Assembly (NCBI GenBank): GCA_963823665.1 | Contig: CAWGMQ010000002.1 | Location: 1-64,000, forward strand | From: an uncultured Planctomycetota bacterium | GTDB taxonomy: Bacteria; Planctomycetota; Planctomycetia; Isosphaerales; Isosphaeraceae | Direction: 5' to 3' | Length of the DNA stretch: 64,000 bases | Part shown: positions 11,001 through 18,898 of the stretch, in pieces | How positions within the stretch are numbered: position 1 is the first letter of the stretch | Layout: every line of letters starts with the position of its first letter | The notes under the pieces: generated by a model | What the model was told of the DNA's origin: nothing | The model's database searches: none | The model's input: the letters and a program-made list of their open reading frames with translations, nothing else | Made by a program: the position numbers and the translations under genes

Positions 11001-11598
11001 CCATCGAGATATACGGGCGATCCCCCAACTGGCCGACTTCGTGGACCTGGACGATGTTGACGTGCTTCACCCGGGCCGCCAGCTCGGCCTCGCGCTGGAA
11101 GCGCACCTGCTCTGATCTTGAGGCGAACTCGCCAGCCAAAACCATCTTGAGCGCCACCAGGCGATTCAGGCCCCGGTGGCGGGCCTTGTACACGACTCCC
11201 ATGCCACCACGCCCAACTTCGGCGATGATTTCGTAGGCGCCGACCTGCCAGGCCGCCGGTATTTCCATGGGCTCGAAGCCCCGCGGCATGGCACCCGAAG
11301 GCTCGGATCGGCGCGGCCCGCCAAACGTCGAGAACTCCCGCCAACGACCCCGTCTCAAGGCGCGAACCGCCGGCTCGCGATCAGAGCCCCCCTCGCGACT
11401 CGTAGGTTCCGCCGCGACCGCACTTCGGAGCCGGCCGGTCAGCCCGTCGGACGCCGCGAAACGCTCGAGTGCGGCGCAACAGCGCGTGCACTCGTTCAAG
11501 TGCGCCGCGATCTGCTCCTGTTTCGATTGGACCATCAATCCAAGCGAGAATGCATGCAGATCCTCGTCGATGGGATGTTCGGGATGTGGCACGTCCAT
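8092..11598 (-). CDS. Hanks-type Ser/Thr protein kinase with N-terminal zf-HC2-like motif, one hydrophobic segment and C-terminal WD40 repeats
   Basis: HLNECTRC; GRGGMGVVY, VALK, HRDLKPANIL, DFGLA, GTPEYMAPE; hydrophobic LVVVIILALASLTALWL; many GH...WD repeats. Confidence 0.95.
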   Translation of the reverse strand: MDVPHPEHPIDEDLHAFSLGLMVQSKQEQIAAHLNECTRCCAALERFAASDGLTGRLRSAVAAEPTSREGGSDREPAVRALRRGRWREFSTFGGPRRSEPSGAMPRGFEPMEIPAAWQVGAYEIIAEVGRGGMGVVYKARHRGLNRLVALKMVLAGEFASRSEQVRFQREAELAARVKHVNIVQVHEVGQLGDRPYISMEWVSGGTLAQRLDGTPWSAQEAARLIGTLALAIDAAHRQGVIHRDLKPANILVQPDDEGAPPSTLAATSKPGLVAGLTFKITDFGLARTLQDHPGLTKTGFAVGTPEYMAPEQADGDPAQVGPAVDVYALGVILYQLLTGQPPFRGESPAAVLRAAASDSPVAPRRIKPNVPRDLDTIVLKAIEREPKARYLTASALGEDLRRFLTDEPILARPPRLSERLVKWARRQPRLAALATSLVVVIILALASLTALWLRAQQSSIESRRALYRADITAAATALELNHTETARRLLESTPTEYCNWEWRYLIGQLDNSRAVFRPGNAPAGLVALSPDCRQVVYADEGEPSLHLHDLVAGREVAVLSGHEGKILRIAWSQNGKRIASSSADGTVRLWDAASGAPLELLRDHFQPVVKLELSDDGSRLVTQSTDGDLRVWDLARGATVRSLAGVKATRVTRLSPDGKSFAVGRVGVVQLWNTATGEELAPLVCSNAQVLAIAFSPDGTRLAAGTDYPQNRVWIWDLATGRALASMEGHINTISHVEFSPDGHRIVSASHDQTLRLWDGLTGQPVGTLRGHSDRVIGAFFLPDGQSIISASLDSTFRLWDVQDRELIGVFRGQARVHEFTVSHPDGAVLGSVDSDGLVHLWDIESVKKQGVLGRHASFVYDVAFSPSGAAVASAAWDGTVRLWDPARRQSMGVLRHTSEVVTFAAFHPDGRQLVSACRPNRLCTWDLATARATAYRDLTGKEFTEQRVAFSPGRDLAASTGGQNGSVRLFAPSGGNADVDLAPSGPPATDVAFNRDGSRLVSAHVDGSVRIWDVGRRAVLRVLRGHGKTVYRVAFSPDGRKIATACEDMTARLWDAGTYSSLAVFKHHGIVYATAFSADGSRLATGCGDNMVHLWDTDTFDEVAELRGHTAYVHSVVFSPDGTVLVSGSGDYTVRIWDSRAPHERRASADRAKHESVSSRFTAARRP

Positions 11599-11651
11599 CG
11601 CGTGACCTCGCCCTCGCGGAAACCCCGGGGAACCAGTTTCGCTGATTATTT

Positions 11652-11679
11652 GATCGCGATCGCTTTGGCGATCCTTACA
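11652..11679 (-). promoter_or_regulatory. Weak copy of the island motif upstream of the kinase (TGTAAG-N16-GCGATC)
   Basis: First box exact, second box degenerate; 81 nt upstream of the kinase ATG. Confidence 0.35.
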
Positions 11680-11696
11680 CGATTTGCGTGGGACAT

Positions 11697-12278
11697 TCAG
11701 TCGATCAATCCTTCGGCCTCTTCACGGATGCGCTTCATGACGCGTGACTTGGCGACATAAACGGCCCCGACGCTCATATCCAGCTCAGCCGCGACTTGGG
11801 CGGCGCCGGCGTTTTCGAGGGTAATTCGGCAGAAGGCCCGGAAGGTTTTCACCTCGAATTCGTGCTCGACCAGGTCGAGAAGGCAGCGCAGGACATATCG
11901 GTCGTGTTCCTCGTCCCAGTGGCGGTTGAGCGGGCTATCGGGATCGGCAACCTGGCTGAGGACTTCGCTGACGCTGCTACCGCCGGTGAGCGGCGCGTGC
12001 GGGTCCCGGGCGCACCAGTAGTCGGTCAAGCGATGCGAGGCTATGGTGCGAAGCCACGCCCGGAAGGCACCCGGGCGCCCGGAATGCTCGAACGACCGCA
12101 GGGATTTGACGACCGAAACCAGAATCTCCTGAGCCACGTCGTCGCGATCGGCTTCAGCCAGGTTTTGCTGCCTGAGCCAGTTCATTAGGAACGGGTGATA
12201 CAGGTCGGTGAGGTCTTTCCACGACGCCTCGTCCCCTGCCTGCGCACGGATCAACAGGCTTTGTCGGGTCTCGGCCAT
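11697..12278 (-). CDS. ECF-subfamily sigma-70 factor, kinase-associated planctomycete type
   Basis: ETRQSLL..AGD..SW..L..LY, DDVAQE, FRAWLRTIA (sigma2); AQVAAELDMSVGAVYVAKSRVMKRIR (sigma4); directly upstream of the kinase gene. Confidence 0.92.
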   Translation of the reverse strand: MAETRQSLLIRAQAGDEASWKDLTDLYHPFLMNWLRQQNLAEADRDDVAQEILVSVVKSLRSFEHSGRPGAFRAWLRTIASHRLTDYWCARDPHAPLTGGSSVSEVLSQVADPDSPLNRHWDEEHDRYVLRCLLDLVEHEFEVKTFRAFCRITLENAGAAQVAAELDMSVGAVYVAKSRVMKRIREEAEGLID

Positions 12279-12494
12279 TGCGGCCCCTCTACCAAGTCGG
12301 CCCGGCCGCACAGCGGTCAGGCACGGCGAGCTCGTCTCGACAAACCAGACATGGACGCGGCCCGTCTACATGGGTCTGACTGATTCTAGCACGTGCGGGT
12401 TTGACCTGCATCACGTCCGACCATGAACATGCCGGGTACGGACTGCACCGCGGCGCGAGTCGTCCGTGGCTCGGGCATGCAGTTGGTAATCGGG

Positions 12495-13571
12495 TCAGAA
12501 GTACCACGTGTCGCCGTCGACCCTGGTCAAGACGACGCAGCGCGTTGCCACTCGCCAGAGAGCGCAGAAAACAGGCGTGTCGTCATATCGATAGAGGTGT
12601 GGAAAGGCAGCCGCAATCGCGCGAGTCGCGTGCACTGCATTGTAGTGAGGGATCCGCGGAAACAGATGGTGCACCGCGTGCGTGCTGCCAATGTTGCAGT
12701 GGAGATAGTCGAGCAATCGACCGTACGGACGATCGACAGTCTGAAATGCCCCCAGTACTGACGTCCAATCCTTGGAACCAAAGTGTGGTACGTCGACATC
12801 GGTGTGGTGCAACCATGTATAAGCAACAACCCACGCGTTGACGACGAGAAAGGGGCCTCCGTAAACGAGCGCCGGTGCCATCCAGCCGTCTCGACTTGCC
12901 CAGCACGCTAGAAGGATGATCGTACAGGCGATCCCTCCGCTCGAGACGATGGACTTCCATTTGCCGGGGGACAACCGGGTTGCGAACGGCCAGAGATGGC
13001 TTGTAGCGCGCCTGTGAGGGGTCGATAGACCACCGATCGTTACATAGGTAATCCATCCGATCAGAAAGTAGGCCGAAATCACCAGCGGCCCGAACGCCCA
13101 TCCGAGAATGCGCTGGAGCCGGGCCCAAGCGCGCCCGTTGGCGGTCTCGATCGTTGGCGGTACGTGGGTTTCATCATCGAAAATGTGATTCGTACGCGCG
13201 TGATGCCACGCGTGACTTTTCCGAAAAGTAAAATAGGGTACCAACAGGGCAGAGTGAAGAATGAAACCGACCGCCGTCTCAAGACGCTTTCGCCGTGAGA
13301 AGGCGTGGTGACCACACTCGTGCGCCAGAACCCATAGTCCATTCGCAATCGTTCCGTTGACGGCCGCGTAAGCGATCCAGAACGGTGCAAATGCGCACGC
13401 CTTGGGGACCGCGAGCTGCGCAGCCACTCCCAGGCCGATTGTCATCATCAGCAAAGAAGCCAGTCGCCTAAACGCGACGCGTTCGTTCGTTTCGAAGCAA
13501 TGCGCAGGTATGACCGCCATCAGCTCACGCCGATCCGGAATGCGCATCTCGTTCGTCAATGTGCCGCTCAT
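12495..13571 (-). CDS. Membrane fatty acid desaturase, delta-12/omega-6 (FAD2)-like
   Basis: Three His boxes HECGH, HAWHH, HAVHH; IPAHCFE, HSALLVPYF, TVDRPYG and IPHYNA motifs; AGGAG RBS before ATG 13571. Confidence 0.9.
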   Translation of the reverse strand: MSGTLTNEMRIPDRRELMAVIPAHCFETNERVAFRRLASLLMMTIGLGVAAQLAVPKACAFAPFWIAYAAVNGTIANGLWVLAHECGHHAFSRRKRLETAVGFILHSALLVPYFTFRKSHAWHHARTNHIFDDETHVPPTIETANGRAWARLQRILGWAFGPLVISAYFLIGWITYVTIGGLSTPHRRATSHLWPFATRLSPGKWKSIVSSGGIACTIILLACWASRDGWMAPALVYGGPFLVVNAWVVAYTWLHHTDVDVPHFGSKDWTSVLGAFQTVDRPYGRLLDYLHCNIGSTHAVHHLFPRIPHYNAVHATRAIAAAFPHLYRYDDTPVFCALWRVATRCVVLTRVDGDTWYF

Positions 13572-13627
13572 GGATGTCTCCTGATCGATTAGATGGCTCA
13601 GTCTCCCGGCGAGCGTGATCATCAGCC

Positions 13628-13669
13628 GCCTTGAGATCAGGAAGCGTGTCGCGACGACCGAAGCTTACA
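13628..13669 (-). promoter_or_regulatory. Island motif copy A (TGTAAG-N16-ACGCTT-N7-TCAAGGC), upstream of the desaturase
   Basis: Read directly on the minus strand; putative ECF -35/-10. Confidence 0.75.
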
Positions 13670-13772
13670 GAAACCTCCAAGATTCCTGGGTACGACTTCG
13701 ACCCAACGGCCGGGCAGCCCTCGCCGTCGTGCAGGCCGACGGACCGATTCATTCGTTCTACTTTCGGGATGC

Positions 13773-13814
13773 TGCAAGGTTCTGGCCTTGACCGACGCTT
13801 TCATCTCTCAAGGC
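13773..13814 (+). promoter_or_regulatory. Island motif copy B (TGCAAG-N16-ACGCTT-N7-TCAAGGC), upstream of the PAQR/ABC operon
   Basis: Divergent from copy A, same spacing. Confidence 0.75.
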
Positions 13815-13903
13815 GGTCGAGCATCGGCGTGATGATCACCGAGGTGGTTCTCTCACAGCTCGACGCGGCCCAGACATCGCTGAATCCACAGGAGAGCTAA
13901 CCC

Positions 13904-14674
13904 ATGATTTCCCAAGCCGAAGTCGCTGAGTTGCCCGGCTTCGCAGCCGTGCTTCTGAACCGCGGAGCCGGCAGTTCTCGTCTCGGATGGACTGTCGACG
14001 GGGGGCTCGGAGCCCGCCGCCGCCGCGACGGGGAGTTCGCCCAGGATGAGATCGAAGAACTGCTCAACATCGCCACCCACGCCTTGGGACTTGTGCTGAG
14101 CCTGATCGGCCTGTATGGCCTTTCGATCATCGCTCGCATGGGCACGGCGCCCGGGACCGCGGCCGGGTGCCTCGCATATGGGCTGTCGCTGGTCTTCCTC
14201 TACGCGGCCTCGACCCTCTACCACGCGCGGCCGGCAGGACGTGGCAAGCGGGTGATGCTTCTATTCGATTATGTCGGTATTTACCTCCTGATCGCCGGAA
14301 CTTATACGCCCATCGTCTTGATCAGTCTGGGCGGCCAGTTGGGCTGGTCGCTCTTGGCGGCGGTCTGGGGGATCGCCGCCGTGGGGACGGGCTTCAAGGT
14401 CGGCCGGTTCCATCGCTTTGAAAAGGATTCCTCCATGCCCTACCTGGCGATGGGAGGGCTCTGGCTGGTCGCCGTCAGGGAGTTGATAGCTGTGGTGCCC
14501 ACAGCCGAATTCGCGTGGGTGGTGGCCGGCATGGCTTTTTACGTCGTCGGCTTCTGTTTCTACGCGCTGCCCGAGCGACGGTTCTTCCACGCCGTTTGGC
14601 ACGTCTTTGTGCTCGCCGGCAGCATCTCTCACTATCGCGCCGTCGTCGGCTGTGTGAGCACTCTGGTTGGTTGA
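13904..14674 (+). CDS. Hemolysin III / PAQR family membrane protein (TrhA-like)
   Basis: EELLNIATH, ASTLYH, DYVGIYLLIAGTYTP, FFHAVWHVFVLAGS..HY; about 7 TM. Confidence 0.92.
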   Translation: MISQAEVAELPGFAAVLLNRGAGSSRLGWTVDGGLGARRRRDGEFAQDEIEELLNIATHALGLVLSLIGLYGLSIIARMGTAPGTAAGCLAYGLSLVFLYAASTLYHARPAGRGKRVMLLFDYVGIYLLIAGTYTPIVLISLGGQLGWSLLAAVWGIAAVGTGFKVGRFHRFEKDSSMPYLAMGGLWLVAVRELIAVVPTAEFAWVVAGMAFYVVGFCFYALPERRFFHAVWHVFVLAGSISHYRAVVGCVSTLVG

Positions 14675-14738
14675 GCTCCGTTCTTGGTGACGACAAGGTT
14701 GGTGCCTGTAGTCCGTAGCGAGAGACGGGGGTAAGACG

Positions 14739-15866
14739 ATGGTGGACCTGGCGTGGAAGATGGCATGGCATGACAAGGTGCGGTTCTTGATCACCGTTTC
14801 GGGCGTGGGTTTCGCGGTGGCGCTGGTGCTCGTGCAAGTCGGGTTGTTCCTGGGGGTGCTGGGCAACGCGTCGGTGACGATCGAGCAGGCGGCGGCCGAC
14901 CTCTGGATCACCGCGCGGAACGCTCCCAATGTCGACCTGGCGAGCACTTTCCCCGAAACGTACGTCCAGCGCGTGCGGTCAGTCCCGGGCGTGGCACGCG
15001 CCGACAACCTGATCGTGTGGGTCATGCGGGTCACCCAGCCCAGCGGCGCTACCGAGGACGCCGTCGCTTACGCTCTCGAAGACTTCGGACGGTGGGGCCT
15101 GCCGTGGTCGACCCTGGAGGGCGACCCCGCCGACCTGAAGCGGGGCAAGTTCGTGATGATCGACGAGTCGGCCCGCAAGAGGTTTGGCGACGTCACGGTG
15201 GGCGACTACCGCGAGTTTTATGGCCAGCGGCTCAAGGTCATCGGCCTGACCAGCGGCGCCCTGTCGTTCACCACGATGCCGATCGCGTTTATCGACTATC
15301 GGCTCGCGCAGTCGATGATGCGCCAGGAGCTGCGCGGGCGAGCGACCTACATCCTCGTGAAACTCGAGCCAGGCACCGACGTGGACCGCGTGCGCCTTGA
15401 GCTGCGCCGCCGCCTGCCGCACAACGATGTCTGGACGCGTGACGAGTGGGCCGCCCGCTCTCGGGCCTACTGGACCGACACGACCGGGCTCGGCCTGAAC
15501 ATGGTGACGACCGTCGTGCTCGGTGCCGTCGTCGGTGTGATTGTGGTGGCCCAGACGCTCTACACCTCCACGGTGGAACATCTGAGCGAGTTTGCGATCG
15601 TCAAGGCCATGGGGGGAACAAATGCCGACGTGCTCGGAGTTGTGGCCAAGCAAGCCGCGCTCGCCGCACTGATCGGCTACGCCCTGGGCGCGGCACTCAC
15701 CTGCGCCGCCCGCCCGGTCGTGACGGCATTCGACTTGAAGCTGGATGTCAGTCCGGCATTTGCCGCGCTGGTGTTTCTGGGCACGGTGGGGCTGTGCCTC
15801 GCCGCGTCGACGGTGTCGTTCCGGCGAGTTGCGACCCTCGACCCGGCTGTCGTCTTCCGGGGATGA
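14739..15866 (+). CDS. ABC transporter permease, FtsX/MacB (DevC-like) family
   Basis: N-terminal TM, periplasmic ADLWI domain, EFAIVKAMG, three C-terminal TMs, ends LDPAVVFRG. Confidence 0.9.
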   Translation: MVDLAWKMAWHDKVRFLITVSGVGFAVALVLVQVGLFLGVLGNASVTIEQAAADLWITARNAPNVDLASTFPETYVQRVRSVPGVARADNLIVWVMRVTQPSGATEDAVAYALEDFGRWGLPWSTLEGDPADLKRGKFVMIDESARKRFGDVTVGDYREFYGQRLKVIGLTSGALSFTTMPIAFIDYRLAQSMMRQELRGRATYILVKLEPGTDVDRVRLELRRRLPHNDVWTRDEWAARSRAYWTDTTGLGLNMVTTVVLGAVVGVIVVAQTLYTSTVEHLSEFAIVKAMGGTNADVLGVVAKQAALAALIGYALGAALTCAARPVVTAFDLKLDVSPAFAALVFLGTVGLCLAASTVSFRRVATLDPAVVFRG

Positions 15867-15917
15867 GTGCCATGCCGGCTGAAAGTTTTTTCCCGCCAGG
15901 TTTCGGAGGGCGAGTCG

Positions 15918-16589
15918 ATGACCGTGTTGAATGCGCGTGACGTGACCAAGGTTTATCGCGAAGGCTCTTCGAGCGTGGCCGTGCTCAAAGGTGCCTCGCT
16001 GACGCTGGACCGCGGCGAGATCGTGGCACTCGAGGGACCTTCGGGATCCGGAAAGACGACGTTCTTGACGATTCTCGGCTGCATGCTCACCCCGTGCTCG
16101 GGCCGGCTCACGCTCGAGGGGCGTGATGTCGACCCCACGCGCCCCGACCTTCTCCCGGCGCTCCGTCGGGCGTCGATCGGGTTTGTGTTCCAGCAATTTC
16201 ATCTCTTCCCCGCCCTGACGGCGGCGGAGAACGTCGAGTACGTCTTGAACCTCAAAGGTGTGAAGGGGCTCGCGGCCCGGCACGAGGCGGCGCGTCTGCT
16301 CGGCAAGGTCGGTCTATCCGAGCGGGCCGCGTTTCTGCCGCGCGACCTCTCCGGCGGCCAGAAGCAGCGCGTGGCCATCGCCCGCGCGCTGGCGGGCCGG
16401 GCCCCGATCATCCTGGCCGATGAGCCGACGGCCAATCTCGACCACCATACCGGCTCGCAGGTCCTGGACCTGTTTCAAGGGTTGGCCCGGCGCGAGCAAC
16501 GGGCGCTCCTGGTTGTGACGCATGACCCGCGGGTGCGCACGATCGCCGACCGTGTCGTCCACATCCGCGACGGCGCGATTTGCAGCTAA
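15918..16589 (+). CDS. ABC transporter ATP-binding protein (LolD/MacB/DevA-like)
   Basis: [39 protein letters not shown]. Confidence 0.95.
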   Translation: MTVLNARDVTKVYREGSSSVAVLKGASLTLDRGEIVALEGPSGSGKTTFLTILGCMLTPCSGRLTLEGRDVDPTRPDLLPALRRASIGFVFQQFHLFPALTAAENVEYVLNLKGVKGLAARHEAARLLGKVGLSERAAFLPRDLSGGQKQRVAIARALAGRAPIILADEPTANLDHHTGSQVLDLFQGLARREQRALLVVTHDPRVRTIADRVVHIRDGAICS

Positions 16590-16630
16590 ACGCGATCCCT
16601 CTGGATTTCACCTGACGAGGAGACCGGCTC

Positions 16631-17588
16631 ATGACCGCTTTTCTGTTTTCCCGATTCTGGATGGGCACGTGCATGATCATCGTGGCGGCCGGGCTCGTTG
16701 CGAGCCCGAGCCTGACTGCGAAATTGTGGCCGCACCGTCTTTCATCGGACCACCTCCCAGCGCGAGACTCCGCCCCGGGCGTGCCACCCGATTCGGGGCC
16801 GGCCCGGGTCGTCGCCGAAGGCTGCGTGGTCGCGTACCCCGGCGCCGAGGTTGTGCTTGGAGCCGAGGCAGGCGGGCGGCTCGTAACGCTCGACGTCGCC
16901 GAAGGCTCGACCGTGCGCAAGGGGCAACTGCTCGCGGCGCTGAGCGCCGACGATCTGCGGGCTTCGCTCGCCGAGGCCGAGGCGAAGGAGGCCGAGGCCG
17001 AGGCCGACATCCGCTACTACGAGCGCGAGACTAGGCGCAACGAGGCGCTGGTCTCCCGCCGGGCCGCGTCCATTCAGGAACTGGATGCGATTCGCCACAG
17101 CCTGGAAACCGCCCGCGCCCGTCTTGCTGTCGCGCAGGCCCAGCGGGCGCGGAGCGGCATTGATCGCCAAGACCCGGATCATCGCCCCGCTCGACGGGGT
17201 GATCACGGCGCGGCACGTCCAGGAAGGCCAGATCGTCAGTGTCGGAGAACCAATCGTGACGATCGCAGATCTGGGCCGGCTGCGCGTCGAAGCCGAGGTC
17301 GATGAGTTTGACATCGCCCGCATCTCGCGCGGCGCCCGTGCCGTCATCACAGCCGAGGGCCACTCCGCAGCGCAGTGGCGCGCCACGGTGGAGCAGATCC
17401 CCGACGTTGTCACCGGCCGCCGCCTTCGGCCCCAGGACCCCGGCCGCCCGATCGATGCTCGCGTGCTCGCCGTGAAGGTCGCCTTCGGCGAGGCGACGCC
17501 CCTGAAGCTCGGCCAAAAGGTCGATGTGGAGTTCGACGCAGCCGGCGAGGGCTCGACAGCCGGAAAGCTCGTGTCCCCCGTTCGTTAG
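16631..17588 (+). CDS. HlyD/membrane-fusion (periplasmic adaptor) protein, frameshifted near 17152
   Basis: ORF 16631 gives V.EGSTVRKGQLLA plus a coiled coil; frame of ORF 17085 continues I.APLDGVI..., EAEVDE, LKLGQKVDV. Confidence 0.85.
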
Positions 17589-17640
17589 AACCGCATCGTG
17601 AATGTGACTTCTGGGCTCCGCCGAGTCGCTCTGAAGCATG

Positions 17641-17683
17641 TGTAAGATTCGAGCTGCAGGCCACGCTTCCTACTCTTGAAGGC
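17641..17683 (+). promoter_or_regulatory. Island motif copy C (TGTAAG-N16-ACGCTT-N8-TGAAGGC), upstream of the second ABC operon
   Basis: Closely similar to copy F over about 55 nt. Confidence 0.75.
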
Positions 17684-17728
17684 TGCTGTCGTTCTCTCTG
17701 CGGCTTGATACACCGAGGTAAGTGAGCG

Positions 17729-18871
17729 ATGTTTCTCCTGAAACTGGCCATCAAGATTTTGCTGCACGACTGTACCAAGACTCTGGCATGCCTGGCAGGT
17801 GTCTCGTTTTCGGTCTGCCTGGTAATGGTGCAGCGCGGGATCCAGCACGGCGCGATCGGGTGCAGCTCGGACGCGATCGAGCATTCGGCGGCCGATCTCT
17901 GGGTTCTGCCGAGCGGGACCTTGAATTTCGACAGCAGTTTGCCGCTGCCGGAAGGTGCGGAGTATCTCGTACGCAGCGTGGCCGGAGTCGAGCGGGTCGA
18001 GACGCTGATCGTCAGCTTCTCCGACTGGCGTCTGCCGACGGGGGGCATGCAAGCGGTCCAGGTCATCGGTTTCGAGGCCGACGGAGTGTTGTTCCGTCCC
18101 TGGAAGGTCGACCGAGGCGACGTCGAGGACCTGCGACCGGACCGGACGGTCTTCATCGATCGGAACGACCGCTCGAGGCTTCATGTCGATGATGTCGGTG
18201 CTGGCAGCGAGATCGGCAGCAGCATGATCGATCCCATGCGGGCCCGAGTCGTGGGCCTGACCCAGGGGATTCGCACGCTGCACTCGTGCCCGATCGTGTT
18301 CACCAACGTGAAGAATGCTCGCGCATACAGTCACTTCACCGAGCGAAAGTCGAGTTTCCTGCTCGTACGCGTGGCGGCCGGGTGCGACGCGAACGTGGTC
18401 CGGAAGGCGGTCGAAACCCACGTCTCGTTCGTCGAATGCCTGACCCAGGAAGAGTTCGGTGCCCGGACGCGAAAGCATTGGGACGAGCGAACGGGCATCG
18501 GCGTGATCCTGACCGTGACCGCCTTGATGTCGGTATTCATCGGGGTCGGCGTTCTGGGAATGCTCCAGTATCTCTCGACGCTCGAGCAGATTCATGAGTA
18601 TGCGATGCTCCGAGCACTCGGAACACCGAACCGCCGGGTCGTGGGGCTGATCGCCATTCAAGGGCTGTTTCTGGGCGTAACCGGCGTCGCCGTCGGCGTC
18701 GGCCTGACAGAGCTCACCGAGCTAGGTCTGAACGGCCGCGTGAATATGGTTGTCACCGGGGCGATCATGCGTGAAGTGTTTTTCGGGTCCCTGCTGTTGA
18801 GCGTCGGGGTGTCGCTGTTTTGTGCTATCAAGGTGCTGCTCACGAACCCAGGCCTTGTTTTCAAGGCGTAG
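17729..18871 (+). CDS. Second FtsX/MacB (DevC-like) ABC permease
   Basis: ADLWVL, EYAMLRALG, ends NPGLVFKA; same layout as 14739. Confidence 0.9.
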   Translation: MFLLKLAIKILLHDCTKTLACLAGVSFSVCLVMVQRGIQHGAIGCSSDAIEHSAADLWVLPSGTLNFDSSLPLPEGAEYLVRSVAGVERVETLIVSFSDWRLPTGGMQAVQVIGFEADGVLFRPWKVDRGDVEDLRPDRTVFIDRNDRSRLHVDDVGAGSEIGSSMIDPMRARVVGLTQGIRTLHSCPIVFTNVKNARAYSHFTERKSSFLLVRVAAGCDANVVRKAVETHVSFVECLTQEEFGARTRKHWDERTGIGVILTVTALMSVFIGVGVLGMLQYLSTLEQIHEYAMLRALGTPNRRVVGLIAIQGLFLGVTGVAVGVGLTELTELGLNGRVNMVVTGAIMREVFFGSLLLSVGVSLFCAIKVLLTNPGLVFKA

Positions 18872-18898
18872 AGCCGCCTGAGAGGAGTAGAGTGGACG

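Noticed and set aside
9880..11115. Long antisense ORFs (e.g. 9880..11115, 14979..16283, 17585..18661, 49502..50911, 53571..54842)
   Set aside because: Shadow frames of well-supported opposite-strand genes in high-GC DNA
11697..12278. ECF43-style sigma activated by Thr phosphorylation in region 2.2
   Set aside because: The region reads DRDD (acidic, DAED-like), so that specific mechanism is not supported
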